A DNA stretch of 54,439 nt from a virus (lineage: Duplodnaviria; Caudoviricetes): positions 1-54,439 of the IMG/VR virus record IMGVR_UViG_3300043690_000026. One strand, written 5' to 3'. The notes under the pieces are model-generated. The model saw nothing but the letters and a program-made list of their open reading frames with translations. It was not told the DNA's origin and did no database searches. Positions 51,439 to 54,439 of this stretch are shown here, piece by piece; position 1 is the stretch's first letter; each line of letters starts with the position of its first letter. Made by a program: the position numbers and the translations under genes.

Positions 51439-53031
51439 TCAGCTATCCCATGTCATCCACAATGACTGCTCTGGCCTGCGCCCGCCAACTGCTACGGCCG
51501 AAACGCTCGTCTCCACCATCTTCCAGTTGTGCCCCATGAAGGTGGAATCCTGCTCGTAGGTGCTATCCGGCATAGACCCGGCGGCATCATTCGGTGAACC
51601 GTTTCCGTACATCGTGCCATAGTGCTTGGACAAATAGGCCATGTCCCAAGGGATGCCTACGATCACAGCCTCCGAGCCGGTCGCCGTCGGATCGTCCGGA
51701 GGCGCAAGCAGGTAAGGTGTGCTGGCTATTACAGAGCCGTTCATCGAATACACCGGATAGCCGCCGGCGAGTCCAAGCCCAACGATTCCGCAGGCCCTGT
51801 AGGCGTCGGTGTACCCTACCTGCCCCATGGAAGCAGGCAGAACCTTGAACCCATCGTTCAGCGCAACCGCGAATCCGTTAACCCACGATGGACTCTGGCG
51901 GGCACAGGGAACCTCAAAGTGAATGAACGGATAGTTTGGAGGGCTCGGGTACTGGGAAGCATCAAACATCCACCCGCAGTGCGTTATAACGAGGTAATTG
52001 ATGGCCGGATTGTCCACGTATGGGGCAGTGGCGAACAAGACGGCTGCTCCCGAACCGAACGGCCCCAATGCGTACCCTTCCGCCCAGAGGAAGAACTGGT
52101 AGGGGTTGGCAATTATCTTGTACTTGTTGGCCTTGGGATATACGCCCGAGCCGGTAGACCATCCCGGCCACAATTCGTATGTGACCGTGCCGCCGTACTG
52201 GTCGATGAACTTTACCACTGCGATGTTGTACTCGAATTGGCCGCCCGAGCTTCGGTCGCCTGGAAACACGGAATAGGGCGAATTCGCAGTAAGGCCGCCG
52301 CTGTAATCCGGGCCGCCAAATGGGCTAGTCGCTACCGAGCCGTAAACCGGACCGCCCCTGAGCAAATGAACCCAAAATTGCGTCTTGCCGTTGGCGGCTT
52401 GGCTTCGCAGCTCCGCGCCGCCGTTAACATAGTGGACGTTGCCTGCCCCGAGCGGTGTGCTGAAAGAATATTGGCCGTGATAGCCCCACGCTGGCGCGCG
52501 GCCCGCCCAGATTTGACCCGCATGTCCGTTGCTGTTAAAGAATGAGCCGCCTAGCACATCGAAGAAGCGGAGAAAATAGTTGCCGCTGGAATCGACATGA
52601 TGCGTGTCATAACCGGCCCCCGTTCCAGCCGCAATACCGTTGCCCAGATTATCCAGTGTCTGAAACGTCGTCGTCCCGATGTCCACGAGGATTATGAAGG
52701 GGCTCGAAATTGTCGGACGCACATACCTCGACGGATCGAACCAGTAGAGCGAATAGACATAGCCGGCAGGATCAATTTCCGTGCCAATAGTCGGCGAACT
52801 CGGCCAGGACCATGTGAGCAGCGGAGAATGCGGGTTTTGCGTTGGAATCGACGTCAGGATCAGAAACCACTCGTCTGGAATGACATTGGTTTCCGTCCAC
52901 CCGGCATCGAGCAGGGTGTCGTGAATCAGCCTGAGCACGATGTCGGCATTGTTATCGCTGATGGGTGCCTCGCGATACACACTTGCACCGGAATAATGCA
53001 GGTCGCACATGTTGAGAGTTGGAACGCTCAT
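51439..53031 (-). CDS. Minor tail/virion protein (paralogue family)
   Basis: DAGWT, IIANPYQFF, GIPWD motifs. Confidence 0.65.
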   Translation of the reverse strand: MSVPTLNMCDLHYSGASVYREAPISDNNADIVLRLIHDTLLDAGWTETNVIPDEWFLILTSIPTQNPHSPLLTWSWPSSPTIGTEIDPAGYVYSLYWFDPSRYVRPTISSPFIILVDIGTTTFQTLDNLGNGIAAGTGAGYDTHHVDSSGNYFLRFFDVLGGSFFNSNGHAGQIWAGRAPAWGYHGQYSFSTPLGAGNVHYVNGGAELRSQAANGKTQFWVHLLRGGPVYGSVATSPFGGPDYSGGLTANSPYSVFPGDRSSGGQFEYNIAVVKFIDQYGGTVTYELWPGWSTGSGVYPKANKYKIIANPYQFFLWAEGYALGPFGSGAAVLFATAPYVDNPAINYLVITHCGWMFDASQYPSPPNYPFIHFEVPCARQSPSWVNGFAVALNDGFKVLPASMGQVGYTDAYRACGIVGLGLAGGYPVYSMNGSVIASTPYLLAPPDDPTATGSEAVIVGIPWDMAYLSKHYGTMYGNGSPNDAAGSMPDSTYEQDSTFMGHNWKMVETSVSAVAVGGRRPEQSLWMTWDS

Positions 53032-53032
53032 G

Positions 53033-54025
53033 TCAGTACGCGATGTTCTCGGGCGTGATTGGAGACGGAAACTTCAGGAACAGCGTGTTGCGTGCGGCGT
53101 AGCTGTCAGCCTGGCTGTTGTTGTAGCTCATCCACTTGATCGGCTGCCCCGAGCCGTCGAACCCAAACGGCCAGATTTGCTCGATTGGATAATAAGGCGC
53201 AGTCGAGCAAACGCAATCGAAGAGTGCGCCACGCACTTGGCAGTGGCCTGCGTCGGTGTCGCCCCAGGCGATGATGGCGTCTGCTAACGCGGGTTTTGTC
53301 GCCGGATCGCCGTACTTAAAAAGCCCCTTGTGCAGATACGCATCGGCCGTTCGGTATTCCGGCACGATGGGCACAACCATCGAAAGCGCACCCGGCCCTG
53401 CCGAGGACGTGAAGGCTGTATTGTTCAGTACGCCATTGAAGCACCCCGAATAGGAGCCGTACTGCTGCCGGTAAATCGAGCCTCGCATTCCCGATGAGCC
53501 GCCAGTGCCGAGCAGTGAATACGAATCGGACGTGCTGAACCACGCCTCTGTCGCTATCGGCAACGGGTGGGCAGGATCGGTACATGAACCGGAAGGGGCC
53601 TTTGTCGCGATAACGCCACCCTGCACTGCGTACTGATAGCAGCTTCCAGTTGTCGGCTTCGACGGTACGCCGGTGAACACGCTACAGCAGTTCATCCAGA
53701 GCAGAAGGCTTGGATTGAAATTCGGACTTCCTTCGGCCCGATACTTGAGCGGGTGCACGAACCCAGGATTAGATCCGCCCACCGAGGAAAACTGCACGTT
53801 CAGCCTGGACGAGCCCGCGTACCATATCTTGCACCAGCACGAGAGCCCCTCGGGCGAGGTCAAGAGATACAGCCCTGAGCTGACCGTCGTCCAGCCAGCC
53901 TTGCCCGCCAGCACGTCCCAGTGCCCGAGCACGGTTGCCCCATGATCATCGGTGGTTGGCAGATCGAAAATATCCATGACAACGACATAGCTAGGGCCGA
54001 AGAAATCGGTTGTTATAACGCCCAA
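53033..54025 (-). CDS. Minor tail/virion protein (paralogue family)
   Basis: KAGWT, IIAWG...VRGALFD motifs. Confidence 0.65.
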   Translation of the reverse strand: MGVITTDFFGPSYVVVMDIFDLPTTDDHGATVLGHWDVLAGKAGWTTVSSGLYLLTSPEGLSCWCKIWYAGSSRLNVQFSSVGGSNPGFVHPLKYRAEGSPNFNPSLLLWMNCCSVFTGVPSKPTTGSCYQYAVQGGVIATKAPSGSCTDPAHPLPIATEAWFSTSDSYSLLGTGGSSGMRGSIYRQQYGSYSGCFNGVLNNTAFTSSAGPGALSMVVPIVPEYRTADAYLHKGLFKYGDPATKPALADAIIAWGDTDAGHCQVRGALFDCVCSTAPYYPIEQIWPFGFDGSGQPIKWMSYNNSQADSYAARNTLFLKFPSPITPENIAY

Positions 54026-54312
54026 TTCTGAAGCTCCGAACTGACTCCGCCCAAGCTCTCATCCGGCACGGTGCAGCAGGATATCTGTCCAGCCGTATCG
54101 ATGTAGTTTGTAACCGTCGGGGCCTTTCCCGATATGACAATGGCCCCAGCCGGAACCGCAGTGGTTCCGGCGAACAACAGCGGGATGCCGGTTATCTTGA
54201 TCCCGCCGGCCGGAATCGCTATCGGTATCAGTGGCGGATAGCCGGTGATGATGATCGAGCCTGCGGGAATCCCAGGCTCGGAGGGAGCATAGCCCGTTAT
54301 GAGCAGCCGTCC
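54013..54312 (-). CDS. 3' half of junction-spanning 199-aa protein with (I/V)PAG.I.ITGY.P repeats
   Basis: Frame continuous with 300..1; ends LQNWAL-TAA at 54013. Confidence 0.8.
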   Translation of the reverse strand, partial: GRLLITGYAPSEPGIPAGSIIITGYPPLIPIAIPAGGIKITGIPLLFAGTTAVPAGAIVISGKAPTVTNYIDTAGQISCCTVPDESLGGVSSELQNWAL

Positions 54313-54439
54313 GGTCGGAATCGGTCCGCCAAATGCGCGCGGAGCGTAGCCGGTGATGATGATCGAGCCCGCCGGGACACTAACCCCTGTGGCCGAGCCC
54401 CAGAGGATAGCGTATTTTGTCGCTCGATAGCGGCCTGCG
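54313..54439 (+). repeat. Terminal direct repeat, copy 2
   Basis: Identical to 1-127. Confidence 0.95.

Noticed and set aside
47941-54025. Diversity-generating retroelement or invertible fibre cassette
   Set aside because: No reverse transcriptase, no TR/VR pair with adenine-specific mismatches, and no invertase or inverted fibre segments seen
54313-54439. Terminal repeat as a biological DTR
   Set aside because: 127 nt matches a typical assembler overlap, it falls inside a gene, and the GpA terminase implies cos ends

Overview
This window looks like a complete, circularly assembled temperate siphovirus genome of 54,312 bp; bases 54313-54439 duplicate 1-127. It is GC-rich and almost all genes lie on the - strand. 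Recognisable modules: a lambda-type head (TerS, GpA-type TerL, gpW-like, lambda-family portal, S49 protease, decoration protein, gpE-type capsid); a long non-contractile tail (tube, chaperone with a -1 slippery site, tape measure with an SLT domain, fused hub/tip, fibre and several paralogous accessory proteins); an XRE repressor with a divergent early operon (YqaJ exonuclease, RecT, ParB-like, GHKL ATPase, large serine integrase, VRR-NUC, HTH initiator with iterons, HNH); and a Mom-like DNA-modification gene. The most striking signal is a full-length tRNA-Gly(TCC)-like cloverleaf with GlyRS identity elements and an encoded CCA, embedded in frame in the 3' end of the mom-like gene. Just upstream, a GIY-YIG endonuclease shares mom's N-terminal peptide, recoded synonymously. 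Other signals: a lambda-spaced cos site that is inverted and 3.4 kb from terS, next to a 14-copy tandem array and two paralogous + strand cassettes (one encodes a histone-H1-like protein); an attP-like inverted repeat inside the integrase 3' end; a structured terminated ncRNA candidate; and no recognisable endolysin. All assignments come from manual motif reading. No database searches were run and the host is undetermined.
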